Assembly (NCBI GenBank): GCA_964187785.1
Contig: OZ076417.1
Coordinates: 15,748,001 to 15,812,000 of the forward strand
Reading direction: 5' to 3'
Source of the DNA: Amphiscolops sp. MND2022
Lineage: Eukaryota
Length of the DNA stretch: 64,000 nt
Within the stretch, counting starts at the first letter, position 1; each line of letters opens with the position of its first letter. The notes under the pieces were generated by a model. The model saw nothing but the letters and a program-made list of their open reading frames with translations, made no database searches and was not told the DNA's origin. Position numbers and translations under genes: made by a program. Shown in pieces: positions 42,928-55,986 of the stretch.

Positions 42928-45768
42928 CCAGAGCAGCATGTGTGGTAAAGAAGTCGCTCTAGGTCTTTTTCTTTCTGACTCGCTCCAATCCCAGTTGTAC
43001 GAATTTATTTAAATTGCACATATAAACCATACTATCGTGTAGAAAATGACTGTAGAAATTTTCGTTCGAATCGTATGGGCAGTTTTTGCAAAAATCAAAA
43101 AAGTCAAAAAATGGCTGTTTTGTCCATTTTTGGGTTAATTTTGGCTGTTCCTCCCATCCCAGGAATACGAATCTGAAATTACACACAAAGGACCATAATT
43201 TAGTGTAGAAGGACTGCACAAAATTTCGTTCAAATCGGATGGACAGATTTTGCGAAAGTCAAAAAATGTCGAAAAACGGCTGTTTTTTGGACATTTTTGG
43301 GTTAACTTTGGCTATGTTTCTCACATCCCAGCCATACGATTTTGATCCTCTTGCACATATTGAACTCTAATATAGTGTAGAATGACTGTAAAGGATTTCG
43401 TTCGAATCGTAGGAACAGTTTTTGAGAAAATCAAAAAAAAACGAAAAATGACTGTTTTTGGCCATTTTTGGGCTAATTTTTGCTATGTTTCTCACATCCC
43501 AGTCATACGATTTTGATGTTTTTGCACATATTGAACTCTAATTTAGTGTAGAATGACTGTAGAGAATTTCGTTCGAATCGTATGGACAGTTTTTGAGAAA
43601 ATCAAAAAAAAAACGAAAAATGACTGTTTTTGGCCATTTTTGGGCTAATTTTGGCTATGTTTCTCACATTCCAGTCATACGAATTTATTGAAATTGCACA
43701 TAAAGGACCATAATATGGTGTAGAATGACTGTAGAATCGTTCGTTCGAATCGTAGGAACAGTTTTTGAGGAAACAAAAAAAAGAAAAATGACTGTTTTTT
43801 GGCCATTTTTGGGCTAATTTTGGCTATGTTTCTCTCATTCCAGTCATACGAGTTTAGTGGAACTGCACATTTAGGACCATATTATGATGTAGAATGAGTG
43901 TAGAAAATTTCGTTCGAATCGTAGGAAGTTTTTGAGAAAATCAAAAAAAAAGAAAAATGACTGTTTTTGGGCTACTTTTGGCCATTTTTGGGATAATTTT
44001 GGCTATGTGTCTCACATTCCAGTCATACGAATTTATTGAAAATGCACATAAAAGACCATAATTTGGTGTATAATGATGTAGAACCTTTCGTTCGAATCGT
44101 AGGAACAATTTTTGAGAAAATGAAAAAAATGACTGTTTTTTGACCATTTTTGGGCTAACTTTGGCTATGTTTCTCACATTCCAGTCATACGAATTTCTTG
44201 AAATTGCACATAAAGGACCATAATTGGGTGTAGAATGACTGTAGAAACTTTCGTTTGAATCGTAGGAACAGTTTTTCAGAAAATCAAAAAAAATGAAAAA
44301 TGACTGTTTTTTGGCCATTTTTGGGCTAATTTTTGCTATAATTCTCACATCCCAGCCATACGAATTTAATTAAATTTTACATTAAAGGACCATAATATGG
44401 TGTAAAATGACTGTAGAAAATTTCGTTCGAATCATATGGGCAGTTTTTGAGAAACTCGAAAAATGACTGTTTTTTGGCCATTTTTGGGCTAATTTTGGCT
44501 ACGTTTCTCACATCCCAGCCATACGATTTTGATGCCATTGCACATATAGTACTCTAATATGGTGTAAAATAACTGTAGAAATTTTCGTTCGAATCGTATG
44601 GACAGTTCTTGAGAAAGTCGAAAAAAGTCGAAAAATGGCTGTTTTTTTGGCCATTTTCGGGCTAATTTTGGCTATGTTTCTCACATCCCACTCAAACGAT
44701 TTTGATGCCATTGCACTTCTTGGACCCTATTATAGTGTAAAATGACTGTAGACAGTTTCGTTCGAATCGTATAGACAGATTTTGAGAAAATCGAAAAAAT
44801 GGCGGTTTTTGGGCTACTTTTGGCCATTTTTGGGCTAACTTTGGCTATGTTTCTCACATTCCAGTCATACGAATTTCTTGAAATTGCACATAAAGGACCA
44901 TAATTGGGTTTAGAATGACTGTAGAAACTTTCGTTTGAATCGTAGGAACAGTTTTTCAGAAAATCAAAAAAAAATGAAGAATGACTGTTTTTTGGCCATT
45001 TTTGGGCTAACTTTTGCTATAATTCTCACATCCCAGCCATACGAATTTAATTAAATTTTACATTAAAGGACCATAATATGGTGTAAAATGACTGTAGAAA
45101 ATTTCGTTCGAATCATATGGGCAGTTTTTGAGAAAATCGAAAAATGACTGTTTTTTGGCCATTTTTGGGCTAATTTTGGCTACGTTTCTCACATCCCAGC
45201 CATACGATTTTGATGCCATTGCACATATGGTACTCTAATATGGTGTAAAATAACTGTAGAAATTTTCGTTCGAATCGTATGGACAGTTCTTGAGAAAATC
45301 GAAAAAAGTCGAAAAATGGCTGTTTTTTGGCCATTTTCGGGCTAATTTTGGCTATGTTTCTCACATCCCACTCAAACGATTTTGATGCCATTGCACATCT
45401 TGGACTCTTTTATAGTGTAAAATGACTGTAGACAGTTTCGTTCGAATCGTATAGACAGATTTTGAGAAAATCGAAAAAATGGCGGTTTTTGGGCTACTTT
45501 TGGCCATTTTTGGGCTAACTTTGGCTATGTTTCTCACATTCCAGTCAAACGATTTTGATGCCTTTGATCATGCAGGGCCCCTTTGAGTGTAGAATGACTG
45601 TGCAAAATTTCGTGAAAATCGTATGGACAGTTTTTGAGAAAATTGAAATTTTCATGAAAAGGTCGGGAGAAAAAAAAACAACACTATTGCATAAGTAGTC
45701 GAAAATTTTTTCCGACTCATAAAAAACGATACGATTGGATAAGTAGTGTAATTTTTTTTCCGACTCCT
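42928..45768 (-). mobile_element. HINE-like element, copy 2, expanded into a ~16-unit, ~170-bp satellite array (2841 bp)
   Basis: Same termini as copies 1 and 3 (CCAGAGCAGCATGTGTGGTAAAGAAGTCG... and ...CCGACTCCT). The unit marker GGCTATGTTTCTCACAT recurs every 161-180 bp. Confidence 0.85.
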
Positions 45769-45859
45769 AAAAATATTCCAAGACCCTCCCAAACGTTTTT
45801 CTTAGACCTGGTCCTTACAGGGCTAGAAAGCAAGCAAAACTTCAAGTTTGACGTGAAGA

Positions 45860-46625
45860 AACAAGCTCAAGTCGGCGCCATATCTAAGCGCCAAAAAAAT
45901 TTTAAAAGTCTCACAATTCCGAAAAAAATCTGAAAAGGGGATCACCTTTAGGGGATCTAAAAGGGGGATCCCTTTAAAATCTCCTGATACGATACTGTAT
46001 GTTACGCGGAAAACATGAAAAAAAACTTAGTTCAGTTCGCTTAGCCAAATGTTTCAATTTAGCACCTTAAAACTTCGTATAACTTTTAGGAACCTTTTTA
46101 GTCATATCTAAGGCTCAAAAATAGCAAAAGGACTTCAGAGTGTCGAAGTATTCTCTTCCAAAGCAACCCAAAAATCCAAAAGTTTGACCGGATTGGCGCG
46201 CCAGGGGAAAGCTTTGAGAATTTTCTTCCCTTCTGTCGCAATCATCAAAAAAATTGAAAGGGGGACTCTTTGAAAAAAATTCGAAAAAAAGTCTCACAAT
46301 TCCGGAAACAACTGAAAGGGGACATTTTGATAGTTTTCAACATCCATTTTGTCGCACAACTCCAGAAAAAATGAAGGCGGAACCTTTGCGGAAACTTTTT
46401 TGTCGAAAAGAACACGCACTATGACGAAATAATTTTAAGAAAATCAGAAAAAAACTTTGAACTTTTTTGAAGTTTCCGGTAAGTCACTTAGTGCCGAAAA
46501 AAGTAAATGCGGGACCCTTTGAGATTTTTGAACGTCCATTGTGTTGCAAAATATCAAAAAATTGAAGGAAGGACCATTTGGAGTCATTAAAAAAATTTGC
46601 GGAAAAAAGGCTCACAATGCCGAAA
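45860..46625. repeat. Interspersed repeat family, copy 2 (related to 2190-2650, internally duplicated)
   Basis: CAAGTCGGCGCCATATCTAAG at 45868-45888; a second ATATCTAAGGCTC..AAAAGGACTTC unit at ~46104; CTCACAATTCCG / GGGACCCTTT subrepeats. Confidence 0.75.
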
Positions 46626-46635
46626 TTACATTCAT

Positions 46636-46729
46636 AAAAAACATTGGTCAAGGGTGAGATTCGAACCCACGTTCTTCTGCTTGACAGACATCACAAACTA
46701 TCCTTACTAACCTCTATGCTAAGTGGCAT
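46636..46729 (-). other. tRNA-derived Pol III element (SINE head or pseudo-tRNA)
   Basis: Minus strand: A box TAGCATAGAGG (46711-46721), B box GGTTCGAATC (46658-46667) within a T-arm, and T6 terminator (46636-46641). The acceptor stem does not pair, so it is not a functional tRNA. Confidence 0.65.
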
Positions 46730-47273
46730 TGTGATACCATGATACATGACCTCAAAAGTTTCTTATAGAACTTTCTAGAAATTTTTCTCGTTGACAAATT
46801 GCCACATGACATCTTGAAATTAACTAATCTATTTAGTGAATGCTCTTACCATCCAGATATTTTTACCCCTAATCTGTTTTATAAATACTCTTAGTAATTA
46901 GAAATATGGTAATCCACTAATCTCTATTCTATTTAGTGAATGCTCCATCATTGAGATACTAGCCCACTAATCTATAATCGATTTAGCGATGCTTCTTCAT
47001 TTAGACAGTTATTGATGACAGATAAAATATTGATGTATGTCCTGATAAATAACTACTCAGAATTTACTATATCTCTCAATAGATAGGTTTTCTCTCAGTA
47101 TATAACTAGTGAAAGAAATAGAAAGGTACTCCTCGAAGACTTATCTAAGCTTCTAATATTGAAAAAGATCTCTAATAACAACTACAGCGGTTTCTGCTTA
47201 GGATGAAAATGACTTTTTATAGTAACATCTAACCTAACCCTAACCATAACAACATAAACTCTTAAGCAGTACA
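46730..47273 (+). repeat. Copy C 5' LTR (544 bp)
   Basis: Begins TGTGATACCATGATACATGACCTCAAA (cf. B TGTGATGCCATGATGCATGTC(T/C)TCAAA), ends GCAGTACA, followed by AT-TGGTGCGTT. The interior is diverged from B. Confidence 0.8.
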
Positions 47274-47275
47274 AT

Positions 47276-47288
47276 TGGTGCGTTCAAG
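47276..47288 (+). promoter_or_regulatory. Copy C primer binding site (first 9 nt fit a tRNA-Gly 3' end)
   Basis: TGGTGCGTT is complementary to ...AACGCACCA; the tRNA identity is tentative. Confidence 0.65.
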
Positions 47289-47462
47289 AAAATTTTCTAC
47301 CGACCTTTCTTTTCACGCCTCCTCTCTTATTGTACACGTTTCTTCAACTTCCCCGTTCGCTATCTTTTGGTCAGACACACTGTTTCTCCTCCTCTTTGAC
47401 TAATCAAAACATTTTAACCATTCGTTCCAACCAATTTCACAGAAAATTGATACGTGTTGGCA

Positions 47463-47697
47463 TGGTTCTGACTGCGTATACAACGTAATTCCTGTCAGTT
47501 AACTTCTACTCCGTTCCAACCACACAAGATGTGATACGTGTTGGTCAAATAACTTACGTTTCAACCACTTCTATAGTAATACTGTAACTTCTATAAATAA
47601 TGTTGGTAAAAACAATTCTCCGTTCCAACCACCGTCACAGGTGATACGTGTTGGCCTTTCTTTTCGTTCCAACCGCAGACGTGCGTTACGTGTTGCC
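47463..47697 (+). repeat. Copy C 5' leader hairpin array (one CTGAC/GTCAG unit, three CGTTCCAACC...TACGTGTTG units)
   Basis: Motif 1 at 47463-47500; motif 2 at ~47511, ~47620 and ~47665. Confidence 0.85.
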
Positions 47698-48410
47698 TTT
47701 TCTCTATAGTGCTATCCGACGATTCCTGCTGGTAGACTCAGTTCTAGCCGTCTGGATCAACTCCTATAGTTGGCCCACCTTTTTACACCTTAACTCCTTC
47801 TTTATCAGTCTTTTGAAACATTTTTTCAACTTTTCTATAACGCTACAGAACTCCTTGATAAATCACAACTAAAACACTTCTATAACAATCCCAGGGATAG
47901 ACACACTAGACACTAATGCAAATCATAACCAGAACACGATATACATAATCAAAAACGATACATCTATAACAAATTTATTGATACAATTAGATAACATGAT
48001 TCTATATATATTATTTCCAAGTGTTTACTGTTGACGATTTTGTTGGTGTTATTTTAGTCATTTGGTTTTTCCTTGCTTTTGTTGCCGTAATTGCCATAAC
48101 ATTCAATCAATTTCTCATACCCTTTATTCCAAAATTCTAAACCCTAAACATTTTATGATTCTCAACATTTTCTTCCTTTTCCTCGGTCTCTGTGGCATAT
48201 ATCACACATCTCGTTTCTATAACTAATATATACTCATTCTCACTATCAGTTCAACCATCTTCTTCCAAGTCCTTTTTGTTGATCATTTGTTTCCATATTG
48301 TACACATTTTAATACAGAATATATAATTGTCTCTATATTACAAAAACATTTACCCACATATAGCTATGATTTTATAGAAACCTCATTGTAGAACAAACAC
48401 AAAATTCAAC

Positions 48411-51170
48411 ATGCTTCTTACTCCTTTCCAATGTAGTACTGCACCAACTCGTAATGTACGATCAATTACTCAGGATATTAACCCTTTTCTACAAAATATT
48501 ATCATTCAAAACACAAATCCATCACCTTTTGAAACTGAACCTCACTCTATACATACCAAACCTCTACTTAGAGGTTTATACTATATGTCTATACTACATT
48601 CGGTATAAAACTTATGAAATAACTCCATCACAGACACAATTCCAAGTCATTTTTAACTCTGTTGAAAATGTTAATACAGGAATGTACTATAGGACAATTT
48701 ACCCACAAAATATACAATTAACAAAAAAGTCATCTTCAATAACTATTTGAACAAGTCAATTGAATTCAATGAAAATTCAGATACACCTATATACCGCCCT
48801 TCCATATTAGAAGATCTTCAACAAAAACATCAATATTTTGAAATCCCAGATATTGACTCCCAAATAAATAGCCAAAAAACCCTCACCACTGGTTACAACA
48901 AGATATACTACAAATTACACATTTTCAGTACAACTTCTTCCAAAATCTTACACTTAATGCTGACACTATACCACAACCTCAAATCTTTGCAAGATTTCTT
49001 CTAAAGTTCTTTCGATTCAATTATCAACTAATATCGGTACAGCAAGATCAATCTGCATATACTAATTTCCCACAAACTTTTGATAAAGTAGATTTTTTAC
49101 TTTTTATTATAAGAGATGATTTCAAACATCAACGAGACATAAATCCTTTACAACTTCATATATCTTATTTTGAAATTAATGCTTTCGATAATAATTTCAT
49201 TGTAGAACGTTCTGAAACGTCAGATAATCGACCATATACTACTACATCTACAACCGAAATCCATACAACACCATATAACATTAACTTTCAAATCCAAAAC
49301 TCCAATGAACTTCTCTCTGATACCTCTGAATCACAAGTACAAAACCCACAACAAAGTTAACGAAAAACACAACAACCACCTAATGCCCAATTTGAAAGTT
49401 TGTCACTCCAATTCGATGAAAATCATAATAATGATATTACCCAAAATGAACTTCAACTCGAAAATCCTGCACCTGATATTCAAAGTACCGATCTCACAGT
49501 CAATTCAAATGCCTTAATGGTGCTCCAGCACAAAGTACTTCTGATCCAAATATACCAACCACCTTTAACATTAATATGATACATACAAATCCTCCTCCTA
49601 ATATTGTCAATTCTAGAAAACTGTCTAGACCTCTGCTACAAATAATTCCTAACAATCCATTACATTATAACTTGTCTAGTCTAAATACACATAAAACAGA
49701 ACACTCTATACATTCTCTAGAACAAAATGCTCAAATAAATACTTCAAATAATCCTGTTCAGCATCATTAAGTTCCAATACCATCAAGTTCTCTATTAGAA
49801 CTAATCCATATTTTACACCTACATTACAAATTGCAGCGAATACTGATAGTTTACAAACACATACCTCACATTCAAACTTTCATATATTACATCTTTATGC
49901 TCAACCATCCACAAATGGTTCAAATACTACATATATCAACTCTTCCACTTCTATTTCAGAACCAATCAAACCATTTGATGGTCTTGATCATAAATATGCA
50001 CCTGAAGAATCTTTGAAGCTCGTGTTACATTTTCTTTAGGACTACAACCTTCAACCTCTCATGAATATAAAATTTGGCACGCTAGACGAATGGCTTTTAT
50101 ACAATGCTCTCTAACTGGTACAGCTCCCAGCTGGTACAATCGCCTAAATGACACTTACAAACAAGACTGGTCCGCTTTTGTACAAGCTTTCAAGAAACAA
50201 TATTCGTCTCAAAAGAAAGCATACTAGGCACAAGTTAAAGCCCTAACCCTTGTTAAAAGAATAGTCCAACGGTACGCCACTTTGCCCTTAAAGTTGGGCT
50301 GGTGTAATGAAAATGCTTCTACTATCAACTTGAAATGTAATGAAATTTTTACAAAAGGTCTTCCTAAAAGCCTTAAAGACTTCGCAAACAAATGACAAGT
50401 AAAACACACTTCAAATGTTCTAGAACCCTCAATACCATTTCAAACGCTTGTAAAACTGGTAAACCCTGAAGATATATCAAATGATAAAACACGCACTCAT
50501 GATCTTACTCTTGAAGTAAATTCTATTACAAATCAACTACAATCACAAATCTTAGAAACACAACAATCTGAACCACATACCTGCAATTAAAAATATTGTT
50601 CAGGTTGCCATAGAACAAATCACTCCATCTCTGCTTGTTTCAAGAATCAACGAGATGATGAAAACAAAAGAGACGCCTATGCTAGATCTAAATTTTCTCA
50701 AAAATCATTTGTACAATACTTCCGTTCTTCTTTTCGTGTCAATAATTCTCACAGAACAAGTAACAAACCTACAGAATCTTATGATAGATACGGTAGAAGA
50801 AGTACATTACGTCACAGTAATACAAATCGCAATAATTCATCACAAAATCGATATCGCTCTCACTCTAGAGACCGATACAGATATGTCACAACTACTACTC
50901 CTCCACAATTTAACAGATCAAGATATGACAACTATAGACGAGATTCACGTTCCCATCGTTCACCATACAGATCTTCATACAGATCATCATATAGACAAGA
51001 TTCACGCCATAGATATATATCACGTTTCTACCCTCGAGATAGACAATTTCCACAATACGTTTCCTCGATAGACCTCCTCCTCAACCACGAAAGTCTGGAC
51101 CTTTTAGATCTAGACCAGGTTCTGAAACAAGAAACAAAATTAACAACATTCAAACAGAACAATCAAGTTC
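48411..51170 (+). pseudogene. Copy C gag, fragmented
   Basis: RSITQDINPFLQN..FETEPH; PIKPFDGLDHKYAPEE; AFIQCSLTGTAPSWY; CSGCHRTNHSISAC (50597-50638); Arg/Ser-rich tail. Confidence 0.85.
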
Positions 51171-51192
51171 ACCCAAAAATTTTGAAATCCAT

Positions 51193-54100
51193 ATGTACCA
51201 TCCTACAGAAATTGCTAAAGCTTTAACACCTTCAAGTTGGTTTTACTCCCTATATTTACACACTCCTGAAAAACGTAATGAAAATGGTCAACCTTCAAGA
51301 TTAGAAATCTCACTTTTGTTAAACAGTGGTGCTTCCATTTCATTACTCAATTACCTTACCTATCTTACAATTGCAAAACTCCTCAATATCACATGTAACG
51401 ACAAAACAAATCATACATCAAAAACATTGACTGTTGCAAATCAAACTGAAGTTCCTATATTACATTATATAACTGCTACCTTAAATACAGCTTTTGAACA
51501 AACCTCTAGACAATTATCTCATTTGCTGTTGCAGACATTTATTTAAATATATCATTCTTGGAACTCCATTCTTTGAAGAATACATACAGAACTTCAACAT
51601 TCAAGATTTTACATTACAATTCAAACATCAATCCAAAGACCAACCGAATACCACTAAAATCACTTCTGTACTTTCCAAAGACTATCCATATTTCTCGTAC
51701 ATAAACCGAGTTAATTCTAAAACACAAGAATGTTCAAATCCAAACTCTTCAAAAATTGCTCATTTTCCCATAAAGAACTATTACAATCTTCAGTTTGCTA
51801 CAACTCCCAAGAACCAATTCTTTCCAACGATACCACATACTTATTTCTCCTCTAAATTTCGTACAACTTTCAATTTCATTGAAGTTTTCACTGACGACAA
51901 ACCTGATGTTTGTTCTACAATCATTCAAAACTCAAACACAAACCATATTGCAACACTCCCAAAAGGACATATTGGTTATATAGAAGTACCAATTACAAAT
52001 GAACAACCCAAATATTATCCCGTTAATGACATAAACTCTCTTGTACTCAATGTAGCTCATACTTATCATCCCGATACACCTGAACCAATTTCATTAGCTA
52101 ATTATAATACGCCTACACAAGATATACCCTCTTCATCAAATCATTTTTCTCTACATCAAATATACATGACATCTCCTACATTACATGATACACCTCATTC
52201 CAACATATACAATGTTCAACCCACTTCTGACACACCAAAGTCTTGCACTTTTCCTACACTACCGTATTCAAAAGACAATCTTAGATTTATAATCCAATTT
52301 AACTTCCAGTTTTCTGACCTCACTGATACCGAATATGAAACATTGTGTAACCTACTAGTTAAACACAAAAATTGCTATGCTACACATAAAAACGATGTTG
52401 AAAAATTTGCTACTTCTTTTAGAATACGATTAAAGCCAAATGCTCAAGTTCTTACACAACGTCCTTCTAAAGTACCTATTCATTACCGAGAAAAAACTCA
52501 AAAACTCACTTAAAGAATTAGAAAAACATAACATTATTAAACAAATTGGCTCTTCTCCTGAAGATAAACCTAACTCTGGTACAACTTATCTAAACCGCCT
52601 CTTTATTAAACCCGAAGCTGACTCTATCAAATGTGTTTTAGACGCCAGGCACTTAAATTCTAATACAGAACAATCCGATGAATCTTGGCCTATATAACCA
52701 CCTGCTTTTCAATTAGCGCGTGCAAATAAAAAACACAAATCTGCTATAGACTTAATGTATGCATATGCTCACACTCCTCTCGATGAAGAAATCATAAAAT
52801 TTACTAGTTTTTCCTCAAGTGATAAACTTTTTGCATTCATTAGAGGTTTTTATGGACTTAAAGGACTCCCAAACTTCTTTACAAAACAAATATCTTCCTT
52901 CTCTAAAACTCTTACAGAACAAGGCTTCGCCTTCGTCTATATTGATGACATTCTATCACTTTCTAACTCTGAAAACATTTTTTGTTCCAATTTATTGAAC
53001 AACTTCACCTTATAAGTACAAAACATAATTTGAAACAAGCTCCTGAGAAATCATTTTTTATGTTACTCAAAGTTAAACTTCTTGGACATGAAATTGGGTA
53101 TAATACAGTCAAACCTATACAATCCAAAGTTGATGCAATTCATAAAATTCCCTCTCCTACTAGTAAAGTTGCCCTTATGAGTTTCATAGGTGCACTTAAC
53201 TTTTATACCGAATTCATCGAAAAACTCCACAACAACCTTAGACCATTTTATGACTTACTACATGAAAATACCCCGCGGTCTTGGACTACTGAACATGAGA
53301 CCCTATTTCACAAATTAATAAACGCTCTTATATCTGATACCGAACTTACAATACCTAATACAAAACATCTTTTTTTTTCATTTCATTTGATGCTTCATTA
53401 TTCTGACTAGGCGCTGTCTTTTTCCAACTTAATGACAATAATAAAAAGAAAGTTATTTCTTACAACTCCGGGATACTTAATCCACAAGAACAAAAACTGT
53501 CTACATTAGATCGTGAACTCCTTGGTATAGTACATGCTCTTCAAGTTTCTGAATTCCTTATCATTGGATCTCCACATGCAATCCACATTATTACCGATCA
53601 AAAACCACTATTACATTGTTTTACAAAAAAAGGAAACCTCAGTCCACGTTTTTATTGTGCTCAATTGCAACTCACAAAATTTTCGAAATTAAAAATTTTT
53701 CACACTCCAGGTAAAAATTTGTCCGTTGCAGGCATGCTTAGTCGTTCTTTTACAAAAACTGAACTCCAATGTAATTAACTCAAACAAAAAAATTACCACC
53801 CCAAATAGATTATGCTATATTACAAAACAACTCTTTAACACCCGTTCATTACTTAATAAAACACGAAGAAATCCTACCACATCAAAAACATAATTCTCAC
53901 CCTATCCTTGCTGATTATGGAACAGATCAATTCTCTATCCGTATAAATGACAAAGGCTTTATTATTGTCAAACCTTTAGACTCATTTTCTTTCAAATCTA
54001 TAATTCCGTTTCAAAACAAATATAAAACACCTGCAAAAAAAGCATAACAAATCCTAAAATCAACAATCTTTAGTCCTTAACGATATTGATGTCACTAGTG

Positions 54101-55800
54101 ATGATGATGAGAACATATACACTCGTATTCCAAAGACTGTTACCTTTTCATCTAATAATCAAACCAGTGATACATATCAAACACCCACTCTTACACGTTC
54201 TAACAGTTCTTCTACCATCACAAAAACAGAAACATCTTCATTATCAACTTCAGTCATTGGTACAACTGAACCTGTTAAACTTTCTACACATACGTCTCAA
54301 ATAATACCCTCCTACGACCATTCCTTCTTTAAATACAAAAACAATTTTCAAGGATTCTTTCTACCAGATGATTTTTCACTTGACCTACATACATTACAAC
54401 TCCAACAAACCCCCAAGATCCTGTTTTAAAAACAGTATATCACTGATTACGTCACAATACTAAACCTGAAAATCCTACACCTTTAATACATGGTTCTCTT
54501 TTTCTACACACATACAAAAATTCTTTTCTCAACTTTTTATAGACGATGGCACAACTCTCATAAATTTTATATACAAATAACAAATCCTTTTCTGATACAC
54601 AATCAAATACAGCTCCACCCTTAGTTTGTAGTAATGTCAGGATTTGCCTTCCTTTTAGACTTTTTAAAAGAGCTTTCAACAAACTTCACGCTCATTGTCA
54701 TACTGGCATTAAAGTTACCTATCATACATTTTCACAATACTATTATACTCCACGCCTTGAAAAACGGTTATCCATTTTCATACATGAGTGTCTTGATTGT
54801 CAGCGCACCAAACACGTTTAATATGAAAATTCATACTGCTCCTTTACAATCTTTTTCAGAACATGCTCTTTCTTTCAACTATCGTATATCAATGGATACC
54901 AAAGGTCCTATTACTCCTTCTTCACAGAACAAATCCTATATACACGTCATTGTTGATGCTTTTAGTCACTTTGTCGTTACAGTACCTATTAAATCTAAGA
55001 ATGTTAAAACAGCAGGTAAATCCCTTTTACATCACTGGATTGTCAAATTTGGTCCACCTGTAAACTTTGTTACTGATCGTGGATCAGAATATATTAACAC
55101 TGATATGGCACATCGTTGTACACTTATGGGTATTCGACACTCTCCTCGAACACCTTACTCCCCTCGGACTAATGGACTCGTTGAAGTTCAGAACAAAAAC
55201 ATTGGTACACATATTCGTATGTTTTTACAAAACACTCCCAAGCATTGGGCACATCAAGTTCACATGTACGCATTTGCACACAACTGACAAACCCTTTCAG
55301 CACTCAATGTTTCACCCCATGAATTAGTCTTTCATATAAGACCTCGAATTCCTTTAACATTCGATTTGAATCTTAATCGTAACAAAAATAACACATTTAT
55401 TTCACAATTTTGCTCCCAACTACCAGAACAATATCATTATGACAAAACTGACCTAAACCCATTTTTTACAAAACACTCTCAAAACCCATTCCACAATGGT
55501 TCCTTGCAGTTGAAACTGCTATGTTACAAAGTTATTCAATCGTACATAACTATAGTCTAAAAAAACTCAACCCTCAATCATACATAACAAAAACTTATCA
55601 TGAAGGTGAACTTCTTCCACTTGGTACCTTTGTTTTGAAACGTATTTTCACTCATGTTCATTTTTCAGACAAACTTAAACCTCTCCGTATTGGTCCTTAC
55701 AAAATATTGGATCGACTTTCAGACGTAACGTATGAACGTTTGTCACAAGACGGTAGTACATTCCATATTCATCGAAACCATTTGATACCTTAATATCCAA
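51193..55800 (+). pseudogene. Copy C pol: PR-RT-RNase H-integrase (Ty3/Gypsy order), fragmented
   Basis: LLLNSGAS (catalytic D to N, 51322); VLDARHLNSN, YGLKGLPNFF, YIDD (52938-52949); DRELLGIVHAL..TDQKPL..VAGMLSR; H..H..HECLDCQ; SMDTKGP, TDRGSEY, TNGLVEVQN; IGPYKI. Confidence 0.93.
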
Positions 55801-55986
55801 AAGAACCACTCTTATACCCACATCTTCGTAAGTTTATGCAATTTTAAGACTCCTAAACAGACATTCCTAAACCCAGTAAATATGCAATTAGTGATTCATC
55901 TTCAATTCTTTCTGACACTTCATCATCCGATGATGGTGAATCCTCTAATACCACTCATCCCTATAATCCTGATACTCCTTTAAATG

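Noticed and set aside
42959-45391. ORFs within the satellite/HINE arrays (also 27389-28198 and 58088-58471)
   Set aside because: They are translations of tandem non-coding units.
46645-46729. Possible functional tRNA gene
   Set aside because: A and B boxes are present, but the acceptor stem does not pair and no proper anticodon arm forms; kept only as a SINE-like element.
47229-47246. CTAACCTAACCCTAACC as a telomeric repeat
   Set aside because: Only about three degenerate units, inside an LTR.
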